A stretch of DNA of 41,462 nucleotides from Bacteroidota bacterium. Its GTDB lineage: Bacteria; Bacteroidota; Bacteroidia; Palsa-948. The DNA is taken from the NCBI GenBank assembly GCA_004297845.1, contig SCSP01000390.1, positions 1-41,462 on the forward strand, read 5' to 3'. The first letter of the stretch is position 1. The number at the start of each line of letters is the position of its first letter. Below, one piece after another: positions 17,943-27,501 of this stretch. The notes beneath the pieces were generated by a model that made no database searches, had not been told where the DNA came from, and saw nothing but the letters and a program-made list of their open reading frames with translations. Both the position numbers and the translations under genes were made by a program.

Positions 17943-19322
17943 ATGAGTTCTAATGATATTTCAATTCAATTTCTTGGGGCGGCAGGAACTGTAACAGGTT
18001 CAAAGCACTTGCTGAAAACTCCTGAAAAAAATATTTTAATTGATTGTGGGCTATTCCAGGGGTTAAAATCACTGAGGTTAAAAAACAGGGAATCCCTTCC
18101 TGTTATTGTCAGCGACATCCATATTGTTATTCTAACCCATGCACATTTAGACCATTGCGGATATATCCCGCTGCTCCTAAAATCCGGATTTAAAGGAAAA
18201 ATTCTGATGACTCCCCCTACACGGGATCTTGCCGAAATCATTTTACGCGACAGCGCAAAGATTCAGGAAGAGGATGCCGAACGGGAAAATAGACTGGGAT
18301 TATCCAAGCACAATCCTTCGTTGCCGCTTTATACTGTAAAGAGTGTTGAAATAGCTTTGAAGCAATTTTATGTGTACAGCGATAATGAGTGGATTTCAAT
18401 TTCTCCGAATATTGAGTTCCGATTTATTAAAAACGGACATATTCTGGGTTCCTGCTTTGTAGAGATAAATTGTTTCGGGAAAAAAATAGTTTTTTCAGGA
18501 GATATTGGCAGGAACAAGGATGAGATCATGAATCCACCTTCCATCATTGAAGAGGCGGATTTCCTTGTAATGGAAAGCACCTATGGTGACCGGCTTCACG
18601 GAACTGCTTTGGCAAAGGATGAACTGGCAGATATAATCAATGATACGATCCATCAAAATGGTAATTTGGTCATTCCAAGTTTTGCTGTGGGAAGAGCGCA
18701 GGAGTTGATGCACCTCGTCAATCAGTTAAAAAAAGAGATCCGGATCCCGAATGTTCCTGTTTTTATGGACAGTCCAATGGGTGCAGACGCAACAAAGGTT
18801 TTGCATAGATATCCTGCCTGGCATAAGCTTACAGAGGAACAGTGCCATTCGGTATGTCATGATATTAACATCATTACTGATTTTCACGACACCTTGAAAA
18901 TAATCGCCCTGAAAGGCAGCAAAATAATCATTGCGGCAAGTGGCATGATCACCGGAGGGCGTGTGCTTGAATACCTGAAGAATTATATTGAGGATAAAAA
19001 GAACACTGTTCTGCTTGTTGGATATCAGGCAGAAGGTACCCGGGGCCGGGCATTGAGGAACAGGGCATTTGAAATAAAAATGTATGGTAAATATTACAAG
19101 GTAAACGCAAGGGTCAAGGAAATTTCTTCACTCTCGGCTCATGCAGACCAGCAGGAAATGATTGGGTGGATGAAGCAAATAAAAAATAAACTGCAGAAAA
19201 TATTTTTGGTACATGGAGAACCACAGGCGCAGGAGGCATTCCGGGTTAAGATCAGTGATGAATTGATGGTTCAGCCAATATTACCGAAGCAAAATGAAGA
19301 ATATATATTATTCTCTGTATAA
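17943..19322 (+). CDS. MBL-fold beta-CASP RNA-processing metallo-hydrolase
   Basis: GAAGTVTGS, LTHAHLDHCG, GHILGS, FSGD, MESTYG, SAHAD, VHGE. Confidence 0.93.
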   Translation: MSSNDISIQFLGAAGTVTGSKHLLKTPEKNILIDCGLFQGLKSLRLKNRESLPVIVSDIHIVILTHAHLDHCGYIPLLLKSGFKGKILMTPPTRDLAEIILRDSAKIQEEDAERENRLGLSKHNPSLPLYTVKSVEIALKQFYVYSDNEWISISPNIEFRFIKNGHILGSCFVEINCFGKKIVFSGDIGRNKDEIMNPPSIIEEADFLVMESTYGDRLHGTALAKDELADIINDTIHQNGNLVIPSFAVGRAQELMHLVNQLKKEIRIPNVPVFMDSPMGADATKVLHRYPAWHKLTEEQCHSVCHDINIITDFHDTLKIIALKGSKIIIAASGMITGGRVLEYLKNYIEDKKNTVLLVGYQAEGTRGRALRNRAFEIKMYGKYYKVNARVKEISSLSAHADQQEMIGWMKQIKNKLQKIFLVHGEPQAQEAFRVKISDELMVQPILPKQNEEYILFSV

Positions 19323-19365
19323 CGGGGAATAAGATGCGAAATTTATTAATGAAATAATTCTTCTT

Positions 19366-19941
19366 TTAAACTTTCTTGCTTTTGAACAACCAATACAGTC
19401 CCTTAATATTTATTTTCCACTCGGGAAAAATGAAAACTAATATTATTTCCTCTGTTAGTTCAATTATAGTAATGACAGAGGCAACGTAAAATAATGTTTT
19501 GTCAGGTTCCGGTGAAATGAATGCCAGCATAAGAAAGCTACCTTGCAGCAAGGCAGCTGTTTTTGCAAGGTAAGTATGGAAGCTGGATATTTTTCCATAA
19601 CGGATCAAGGCAAGGATATTCTGCACAGCCAGCACTGCAAATAGAATCCCTATAATTAATATTTCTTCTTTAATGAATTGAAATTTGAATACAAATAATC
19701 CTGCAATAGCCGTTAGAATAGTGAGGTCGTCACCGATAGAATCCAACCGTGCCCCCAAAATACTGGTTACTTTGTATTTTCTGGAAAGATAACCGTCAAT
19801 AAGATCTGTAAAAAAACTGATGGGAAGTAACCATTTAAAAAGGTTTTGGTTTCCGGTAAAGATTAACAGCAATAGAACAGGTGTGGTAATAATCCTGTAG
19901 ATTGTTATGCCGTTTATTACTTTATAGCTGAGTTTTTGCAT
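19366..19941 (-). CDS. CDP-alcohol phosphatidyltransferase family protein
   Basis: TDLIDGYLSR...GARLDSIGD motif; hydrophobic. Confidence 0.9.
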   Translation of the reverse strand: MQKLSYKVINGITIYRIITTPVLLLLIFTGNQNLFKWLLPISFFTDLIDGYLSRKYKVTSILGARLDSIGDDLTILTAIAGLFVFKFQFIKEEILIIGILFAVLAVQNILALIRYGKISSFHTYLAKTAALLQGSFLMLAFISPEPDKTLFYVASVITIIELTEEIILVFIFPEWKINIKGLYWLFKSKKV

Positions 19942-19995
19942 TTGTCAACATGCAGGGATTGACCGAAAGAAAGATCGAATTATTCAGCAACTGTT

Positions 19996-20403
19996 CTACG
20001 CTTGTCCGAGAAAAAATCGGATAGTATCTGCAGTTGAAACAATCCCTTTCATTTCTAAGTTATCCGCTATTACAATGGCATGGACCTCTCCTTTTGCAAG
20101 TTCATGGGCAACTTCTTTCAGCGTTGAGGAAGACGACTTTGTAACCGGGGATTCACGCATGATATCTTTTACGCTCAAGTTCTGGTAGGCAGAGTCATCA
20201 TCATCTAAAGAGGCATTCTTGATGGCATACAGGTAATCTACCAAGCTTATCATGCCTTTCAGTTTACCTTTTTCCGTTACGGGGATGTGATGGTGGAAGT
20301 TCTTTTTTTCAAAAATATGCTTTACATCAATTAATTTTTGAGAGGGGTTTACAGATACAACCTCCTTGGTCATTACCTCTGAAACGGGAATATTGAGATT
20401 CAT
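19996..20403 (-). CDS. Stand-alone CBS-pair protein
   Basis: VSEVMTKEV, HHIPV...GMIS, VKDIM, GIVST. Start moved to ATG 20403, downstream of the -7-like TAAATTCG (20425-20418). Confidence 0.9.
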   Translation of the reverse strand: MNLNIPVSEVMTKEVVSVNPSQKLIDVKHIFEKKNFHHHIPVTEKGKLKGMISLVDYLYAIKNASLDDDDSAYQNLSVKDIMRESPVTKSSSSTLKEVAHELAKGEVHAIVIADNLEMKGIVSTADTIRFFLGQA

Positions 20404-20417
20404 AGTATTATTTTTCA

Positions 20418-20522
20418 CGAATTTACCCCTGATGCTGTACATGGCGAATGACAAATATCATGTTTTGAAATCAGGGGAATGATGTTTGTCATTTTGCATA
20501 GGGACGCATTGTTTCACATTTG
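20418..20522. promoter_or_regulatory. Divergent promoters, each with one TGA-N6-TCA box (20449-20460; 20480-20491) 23 bp from its -7 element
   Basis: Minus strand TGATATTTGTCA-N23-TAAATTCG; plus strand TGATGTTTGTCA-N23-CACATTTG. Confidence 0.72.
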
Positions 20523-20544
20523 TACCATAAAAAATAATAGTCCC

Positions 20545-20922
20545 ATGCGTACAAAAACATTAGTAGAATTACTCACCCTGTCCACTAATCTTTATATGAT
20601 CTCTAAGGACGAAAAATTTATGGAGAACCTTTCAGAAATGGTAAAAAAGGGGAAGAAAAAGGCCGAAGACATTATTGATGAATTTGCTTCCGGGGAGGAG
20701 GAAAGTGAAGATTCGCTTGTGCAGAAGTTCCTATTGAAAGCGCAAAAAGCAAAAGAGGAACTCGGGAAACAGATAGATGAGGCTGCCGTAAAAGTTTATG
20801 AAAAAATGCACATTGCCCATTCAGGTGAGGTGAAAAAACTAGCAGAAGAAATCGAAAGGCTGAAAAATGAGCTTGCTCTGGCTGAGGCGCGCATTGTAAA
20901 TCTTGAACCCAGAAAAACCTGA
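20545..20922 (+). CDS. Small helical/coiled-coil protein (phasin-like partner of the ABC1 kinase)
   Basis: Charged amphipathic helices and a C-terminal heptad stretch; stop overlaps the next start (TGATG). Confidence 0.65.
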   Translation: MRTKTLVELLTLSTNLYMISKDEKFMENLSEMVKKGKKKAEDIIDEFASGEEESEDSLVQKFLLKAQKAKEELGKQIDEAAVKVYEKMHIAHSGEVKKLAEEIERLKNELALAEARIVNLEPRKT

Positions 20923-22646
20923 TGGGTTTGTTTTCGTACATAGATGGCAAATACCATTATTTGAGGAGGTATAACCAGATCATGCGCATACTGATCAAGT
21001 ATGGGTTTGAGGATTTGGTTTCCTACATGGAGGAAAAGAAACGCTTCCGGTTTCTGAAGAAGTTGATTCCGAAATCCATGTACGAGCATGCCATGCATCT
21101 TACTAAATGGGAGAAGATGCGTTTGGTATGCGAAGAACTCGGCCCCACCTTTGTTAAATTCGGACAGATTATGAGCAACCGTCCTGATTTATTGCCTGAA
21201 GATCTCATTAAAGAATTGGAAAAACTTCAAGATAGCGTTCCGCCCATAGATGGAAACCTTGCCGTGCAGGTAGTGGAACAGGAGTTAAAGAAAAAAACAG
21301 ATGAACTCTTTGCCTCATTTGAAACAAGTGCGTTTGCGTCAGCATCCATGGCTCAGGTTCACAAAGCGGTGCTTAAAACAGGAGAAAAAGTAGTATTGAA
21401 GATCCAGCGGCCCGGAATTCAGGAAGTTATTTCATCCGACATTAAAGTGATGTTATATGTTGCAGAGATATTCAGTAAACGAATACCCTCCCTGAAAAGT
21501 TTTGATCCCATCGGGTTGGTAAAAAATTTCGATGACAGCATTACCAAAGAACTGGACTTCATACACGAATCGATCAATGTTCAGCGATTTCATAATAATT
21601 TTAAAGAGGACGAAACGGACAAAGGACATATTCACTCCCCGAAAGTTTTCCGTGAATTCACTACCTCAAAAGTTTTAACCCTCGAATTTATTGACGGAAT
21701 TAAAATATCTGATAATCAAAAACTGCTCAGTAAGGGACTGGACAGAAAAGTGGTGGCAAGGCGGCTTGCACATTCTTATTTCAGGCAGGTTTTCAATTAC
21801 GGATTTTTTCATGCAGACCCCCATCCCGGCAATTTGCTGGTTCTGCCTGATAATGTCATCTGTTATCTGGATTACGGGATGATGGGCAACATCATGAAGA
21901 AAGACCTGGAACAGCTTGGTTATCTTTTTATTTCTGTGAACTCAAAAGATGTCCGTAAGATAATTCGTTCCTTACAGGGATTATCTGACAATCCAATTAT
22001 TAGAAATTTTCGTGATCTTGAATTTGATATTAACGAATTTGTTCAAAATTATTCCATACAGGATACTATTCACTCAAACGAAATGAGCACCATTCTTTTG
22101 GAGCTTAAAGATATAATTATAAAGCATGGGCTGAAAGTGCCCACACATTTCTTCCTGCTGGCACGCTCCATGGTTACTGTTGAAGGAGTAATCCGAAGTC
22201 TGGATCCGGAATTGAACCTCACAAAAATGGTGAGGCCATTTCTTGTCCGTACTATTGCCAGACATTACGACCCCATCCAGTTCGGAAAACGTATTTTGAA
22301 TTCAGTTTACGAAATGGGAATGTACATGGAGGATTTTCCGCGTGATCTTAAGAATGCTATCCGTAAAATAAATACAGGGGAAATAAAAGTAGATCTCCGT
22401 CATAAAGGAATTGATCCGCTGGTGCATACCATCAACCGTGTAACACGTCAGATTATTTCTGCGATTATTTTATCTGGAATCCTGATTGGCTCATCACTTT
22501 TGCTGGTAAATAAAGTTTCTCCTTTGTGGCGGGAAACATCGGCTCTGGGAATCATCGGTTTAATCATTGGTGGAATTGTTCTGATGGGAATGATGAAGGA
22601 CCTGCGCAAAGGCGATCATGACGAGTGGAGCGGGTGGGAGGATTGA
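20922..22646 (+). CDS. AarF/UbiB/ABC1 atypical kinase with C-terminal TM helices
   Basis: LGPTFVKFGQ, ASASMAQVH, KIQRP, FFHADPHPGN, LDYGMMG. Confidence 0.93.
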   Translation: MGLFSYIDGKYHYLRRYNQIMRILIKYGFEDLVSYMEEKKRFRFLKKLIPKSMYEHAMHLTKWEKMRLVCEELGPTFVKFGQIMSNRPDLLPEDLIKELEKLQDSVPPIDGNLAVQVVEQELKKKTDELFASFETSAFASASMAQVHKAVLKTGEKVVLKIQRPGIQEVISSDIKVMLYVAEIFSKRIPSLKSFDPIGLVKNFDDSITKELDFIHESINVQRFHNNFKEDETDKGHIHSPKVFREFTTSKVLTLEFIDGIKISDNQKLLSKGLDRKVVARRLAHSYFRQVFNYGFFHADPHPGNLLVLPDNVICYLDYGMMGNIMKKDLEQLGYLFISVNSKDVRKIIRSLQGLSDNPIIRNFRDLEFDINEFVQNYSIQDTIHSNEMSTILLELKDIIIKHGLKVPTHFFLLARSMVTVEGVIRSLDPELNLTKMVRPFLVRTIARHYDPIQFGKRILNSVYEMGMYMEDFPRDLKNAIRKINTGEIKVDLRHKGIDPLVHTINRVTRQIISAIILSGILIGSSLLLVNKVSPLWRETSALGIIGLIIGGIVLMGMMKDLRKGDHDEWSGWED

Positions 22647-22656
22647 CCTTTCGTCC

Positions 22657-22721
22657 TGATGAATATCATCTGTCTTCCTGATATTACTCATTACCCAACC
22701 GTTATTTCGACTGTTCCTTTG
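22657..22721 (+). promoter_or_regulatory. Tandem TGA-N6-TCA boxes (22657-22668, 22679-22690) plus -7-like TTCCTTTG (22714-22721)
   Basis: TGATGAATATCA-N10-TGATATTACTCA-N23-TTCCTTTG. Confidence 0.74.
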
Positions 22722-22763
22722 TAATAGCGAGTTAAAATATTAAAAAATTCTAAAATTCAAATT

Positions 22764-23693
22764 ATGAAAACAAAACTACTCATTACAAAAACATTACTGA
22801 TATTGTCTGTGTATTCAGTGAATGCACAAGTAATTCCTAATTACAGTTTCGAAACATGGAGCAATGGCGCTAACAATGCACCCGATGGATGGGTTGACCA
22901 TGGTAGCAAACATGTGGGATTCTACCCTGCATCACAATCAACCGATCATTTCTTAGGCAGTTACTCTGCCCATTTGGAAAATAAAATTACTATCACAGAT
23001 ACCAGTAAAGGGCTAATAGAAACAAGTAATGGTATAGAAGAAGGTTTCCATCCGGCTTTCCCAATAAACACCAGATATACCACTCTTAAAGGATTTTACA
23101 AATTTATTCCACAAAATGGAGATTCAGCAGTAATTATTACTGTCTTCTATAAAACAGGATATGCCCATTCACAAGGTTTCGGGAATTTGCTTGCGATAGG
23201 ATGGAAGAACATAGGGGTTGCGGCTTCTGTATGGACTCCATTCACTACAATGAATATTTATTATGACAACAACGCAACTGACACGCCTGATAGTGCATAT
23301 ATCAGTTTAGGCGCATTCCAGGAAATGAATTTTTATACAGGTGTCAGATATCCTGTGAAAGGAAATTCTGCGCTTTACATTGATGCATTGAATTATGATT
23401 CCTTCCTCACTGGAATAAGTGAGCATATGGACATTACGACCAATTTCAAATTATTTCCCAATGCTAATAATGGAGCGTTCGATTTGAGTTTTGAGACTAT
23501 TAAATCTGATTATACCACGATAAAAATTTATGATTTAAGCGGTCGCGAAGCAATGACTCTATTTAGCGGAAACTTAAACTCAGGTGCTCACACATTGCAT
23601 TATGATGTAAAAATTCTGGATAACGGAAACTACTTATTTGTAATTGCAACAGGAGAAGGATACAGGGCAGAAAAATTATTCATTCAAAAATAA
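22764..23693 (+). CDS. T9SS type-A cargo protein with one PCMD/CBM-like beta-sandwich
   Basis: Signal peptide ending NAQ, IPNYSFETW..PDGW, LKGFYKF, LYIDAL; CTD FPN...IYDLSGR...GNYL...KLFIQK. Confidence 0.8.
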   Translation: MKTKLLITKTLLILSVYSVNAQVIPNYSFETWSNGANNAPDGWVDHGSKHVGFYPASQSTDHFLGSYSAHLENKITITDTSKGLIETSNGIEEGFHPAFPINTRYTTLKGFYKFIPQNGDSAVIITVFYKTGYAHSQGFGNLLAIGWKNIGVAASVWTPFTTMNIYYDNNATDTPDSAYISLGAFQEMNFYTGVRYPVKGNSALYIDALNYDSFLTGISEHMDITTNFKLFPNANNGAFDLSFETIKSDYTTIKIYDLSGREAMTLFSGNLNSGAHTLHYDVKILDNGNYLFVIATGEGYRAEKLFIQK

Positions 23694-23748
23694 CTGATGG
23701 CATAATTATTAATTCTAAAAACTAAACTTTACAAACAAAAGTAGTTTT

Positions 23749-25113
23749 ATGAAAAACATTTTACTCTTTGTATCAGTATTTGCAATGCAAATGAATTTGC
23801 ACGGGCAAACAGTACCCAACGGCACATTTGAAAATTGGAATTCCATTCCTTATGACGATCTGAACGGCTGGGAATCCAGTAACAAAGAATCAATTCCCAT
23901 GATGGGGCTTGTTTGTGTTACCAAGGTGAATGGTTATACAGGCTTTGGGGCGAGAATGCAAACCTCCATTATTGGAGGGGATACAGTGTATGCTATTATC
24001 GCATTGGGAGACCCCAAAGGGATGGGCGGAGTTCCTTATTCGCAAAAACCAACTGCTATTACCGGATATTGTCGCTATAATTTGCCTGGCAATGATACTG
24101 CATTGGTTTTAGTGACGTTCAAAAAGAACGGGAGCGTTATTAGCGAAGACCTATTTAAAATAAGAGGCGCGGGAAACCAATCCACATTCACTTCATTTTC
24201 ATTTCCACTTTCACTTTCAGCCACTCCCGATACGGTTATTGTTGCTGCTATGGCAAGCAATCTTATGGGTGGTATCGGAATTCAGCATGGAAGTTTTCTT
24301 GAACTTGATAAACTAATTTTTACGGGTTCGGGTATTACACAGCAAGTTCCCAATAATGAATTTGAAAACTGGATAGCAAAGTCCTTCGATATTCCGTCAG
24401 GGTGGGAAAGTTGGGGCAAAGGAGTTGCTAAAACAATTGATAAGTACGCGGGAAATTATGCTCTCAGGGTAGAAACCATTGCTGAGGACTGGGGAATATG
24501 GTCATCCGGAATCACATCAGGATATATGACAGATACAGCAGGGCCTGCTGGAGGATTGCCATACACAAACACCAATGATACGCTCTGCGGATATTACAAA
24601 TACACTTCAATGGGGGGGAGCAACGCAGGCATCTACGTTACTCTTTCTAAAAATGGCTCGCCTGTGGGAGGAAATAACCAATCATTAGGAGTGGCATCTG
24701 TTTATACCTATTTTCAAATGCCTTTCCAGGCGGGAGTTACTCCAGATACAATTCGGATTGATGCGCAGTCATCTGAATGGCCTTTTACTCAAGCAAATGT
24801 TGGAAGTATTTTATTTCTCGATAATCTCTGGCTGAAATCTTCCCCTGTCGGTATTTTTGAGAATAAAGATTTGAAAAGCAGTTTTTATCCAAATCCTGTG
24901 AATGATATTTTGTCTGTTCAGTTCGAAAAGAATTTTTCCGGCATAATGAATCTATTCATTTATGACGCGACCGGAAGAAAAGCAGAAGTAATCGGAATCA
25001 GCAGGAATGCAAATTCAATGTGGGTAGATGTTTCAGAGTTTTCTTCAGGAATTTATTGCTATGAAATAAGAGCCGCTGAAGGAATTATGCGAAACAAATT
25101 TGTAAAACAATAG
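23749..25113 (+). CDS. T9SS type-A cargo protein with two tandem copies of the same domain
   Basis: VPNGTFENW and VPNNEFENW repeats, G.PY..T...GY, PDT, L.LD.L; CTD YPNP...YDATGR...GIY...KFVKQ. Confidence 0.82.
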   Translation: MKNILLFVSVFAMQMNLHGQTVPNGTFENWNSIPYDDLNGWESSNKESIPMMGLVCVTKVNGYTGFGARMQTSIIGGDTVYAIIALGDPKGMGGVPYSQKPTAITGYCRYNLPGNDTALVLVTFKKNGSVISEDLFKIRGAGNQSTFTSFSFPLSLSATPDTVIVAAMASNLMGGIGIQHGSFLELDKLIFTGSGITQQVPNNEFENWIAKSFDIPSGWESWGKGVAKTIDKYAGNYALRVETIAEDWGIWSSGITSGYMTDTAGPAGGLPYTNTNDTLCGYYKYTSMGGSNAGIYVTLSKNGSPVGGNNQSLGVASVYTYFQMPFQAGVTPDTIRIDAQSSEWPFTQANVGSILFLDNLWLKSSPVGIFENKDLKSSFYPNPVNDILSVQFEKNFSGIMNLFIYDATGRKAEVIGISRNANSMWVDVSEFSSGIYCYEIRAAEGIMRNKFVKQ

Positions 25114-25130
25114 ATATTAAAATAAAACCT

Positions 25131-25823
25131 ATGAAAGCAAAGAAACATTTACCTGCAATCATCCTCGGACTTTGTTTAGTGAGCGGTCTGTGTGTGTTAA
25201 ATGGCTGCGGTATTTATACGGAGATATCTGTAACTGCAGATGAAAACACAAACCTGTCGAATTTCAAAACATTTGCCTGGCTGCCGGACAAAATGGATTC
25301 CAATAACTCGCCTTACAACAATGAGATCATACGCAACAACCTAAAAAACTATTTTGGTCAGGAAATGGCTGAGAGGGGATACGGTGTGAACCTGGATACC
25401 CCCGATGTGTTGCTGCAGGTTACCCTTGTGAATAAAAAGCAGGAAAAGGAAGTGCGATACCCGGTTTATCCGCGCCCTTTCTACTACTGCAACTATTTTT
25501 ACTGCAGTGTGTATTATTCGCCCTATCCCTATGCTTATTATTACAGGCATTATGACAATTATTGTTACTCCATGGGCTATTGTAAAGAAACTGTCCAGTA
25601 TGTTGAAGGTTCCATCACCCTGAACGTGATAGACCGAAAAACCAACAAATTAGTTTGGGCGGGCACTGCCAAGGGGGATATTTACGACCCTGCCTACATC
25701 AACCGCAGCATACATCCTGCTGTGGAGGCTATCATGAAAAAATTCCCGGTGTCTCCTATTGGAAATAAAAAGAAAAGCAATAAAACGGACGATGTTTATA
25801 TGAATAATTCTGCTGCCAAGTAA
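25131..25823 (+). CDS. DUF4136-family lipoprotein
   Basis: LNGC lipobox, FKTFAW, RGY...PDVL, Y.EGSITLNVID.KTNKLVW.G. Confidence 0.82.
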   Translation: MKAKKHLPAIILGLCLVSGLCVLNGCGIYTEISVTADENTNLSNFKTFAWLPDKMDSNNSPYNNEIIRNNLKNYFGQEMAERGYGVNLDTPDVLLQVTLVNKKQEKEVRYPVYPRPFYYCNYFYCSVYYSPYPYAYYYRHYDNYCYSMGYCKETVQYVEGSITLNVIDRKTNKLVWAGTAKGDIYDPAYINRSIHPAVEAIMKKFPVSPIGNKKKSNKTDDVYMNNSAAK

Positions 25824-25890
25824 TATAAGAAGGTTTTTTATCAATGATGTTTTTATTTCTTGTGCTCAAAGGTTATTGTTAATTTTGTTC

Positions 25891-26274
25891 GTGGAAAAAA
25901 TTCGCACATAGATCAATGAAAAATGGATGGACAAGAAAGGCATTCTGCGGATCAAGGTGATCGAAGGTGCTGCTATTACTTTGGAAAATCTGAAGGAAGA
26001 CGATGCAGTAAACCCTCAACTTACCGAGGGTAAAAAAGCTCTTGCTCTTTACGATGCGTGCGCCTTTTTTTCAATCACTCCTGAAGCAGAAAAATTCCTC
26101 AGGAGTGGTATTCTCAATAAGTCCCGTATTGCTACAGCTGTACTCACCGATAAGTTTTTTGTCCGCCTGCTTGTAAATTTCATGAATAACTTTACCCGAC
26201 TGAAATCTCCTCTTAAAATGTTCGGCAGGGAAGAGGCAGCATTGAAGTGGCTATACTCTTTCAAAGAGAACTAA
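25891..26274 (+). CDS. Hypothetical STAS/SpoIIAA-like protein; in-frame TAG at 25909, restart ATG at 25927
   Basis: GILRI...ITLE..KE, IATAV, PLKMF..EE.AL.WL. In-frame GTG at 25891 follows the -7 element TAATTTTG (25880-25887). Confidence 0.55.
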
Positions 26275-26315
26275 CCTGGAGCTTCTTCTTGGGGCGTAGT
26301 TTAAATAAGCACAAC

Positions 26316-27406
26316 ATGACCACCACTTCCTCTTCAATAATTAAAAAACTGCTTATCCTGTTTCTTGTTTTTGCAGGATTACACTATGGAAAAGATTTCC
26401 TGATGTCTCTGACAATAGGGGCTGTGATAGCAACACTTTTTTACCGTTTTGCAAATGGATGGAAAGAAAAAAAGTCCTCAAGGGGCTGGCAGCGTTAATA
26501 TGTCTCCTGGTATTATTGATGGCAATAGCAGGTGTAGTGTCAGTGCTGGGTTGGCAGATATCGGAACTGACAAAGGATATTACCCTCATAAAACAACAAG
26601 TTGTTGAGATTGGCAGCCGAGTTCAGCTTTATATATTTAATCACTTCGGCATTTCAGCATTTCAGCAAACGCAGTTACTTAAAGAGGAACAACCATCCTA
26701 TACCGGTATTATACAGATGATGGCAGGTTCATTGGCATACTTCTATGTCAATTTTATTTTAGTGCTTGCATATATTTTTCTTCTATTGTATTATCGCAGC
26801 CACATTAAACATTTCATCCTTAAACTTTTTCTTCACTCTCGGCAAAAGGAAATGGAGCACGTAGTTGACCGCGTAACCCATGTATCGCAACAGTATATAG
26901 TGGGGCTTAGTAAAATGATAGTATGCTTATGGATAATGTATGGCATTGGGTTTTCCGTATTAGGAGTAAAAAATGCTCTCTTTTTTTCCTTTCTCTGCGG
27001 TCTGCTGGAAATCGTTCCGTTCATCGGAAACATTACAGGAACTATACTCACTGTATTAGTAGCTGCAGTTCATGGAGCCAGCTTTCCTATGCTTGGAGGT
27101 ATTATTGGTATTTATGGAGCAGTTCAATTTATACAGGGCTGGCTGCTGGAACCTATCCTGGTAGGACCTCAGGTAAAAATTAATCCATTGTTTACCATCA
27201 TTGCTTTGGTGATAGGCCAATTGGTTTGGGGTATACCCGGTATTTTTCTTGCCATTCCCATTACCGCTATGTTTAAGATCGTGTGTGATCATATCGAACC
27301 TCTAAAGCCTTTGGGTTTTCTGATAGGTGAAACTGAAACCAGAAAAAGAGAACAGGGTTTTATCAAAAAAATAAGAAGCTGGTTTCAAAAGAGCAGGAAT
27401 AATTAA
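26316..27406 (+). pseudogene. AI-2E (PerM) family transporter with a 1-bp frameshift in a T run
   Basis: N-part MTTT...GAVIATLF (from 26316) and C-part ..MERKK..IVPFIG..LEP.LVG...INP are joined by adding one T to the T6 at 26437-26442. Confidence 0.8.
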
Positions 27407-27501
27407 CGCCTGAGCTTTTTAGTCTTTGTTCCTCTTAGCCATGTATTTGCTAAAGGAATTAATGAGATGCCGGTATATAAAACGTAGAGACAGGTTATTC
27501 T

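Noticed and set aside
25909-25911. TAG recoding (alternative code or pyrrolysine)
   Set aside because: TAG ends intact genes here (typA, the CBS gene, the 25113 T9SS gene, the M50 protease); one in-frame TAG is better explained as a nonsense change or error.
27428-27458. Weak hairpin CCTCTTAGC...GCTAAAGG between convergent genes
   Set aside because: Bulged short stem without a clear U tract; too weak to call a terminator.
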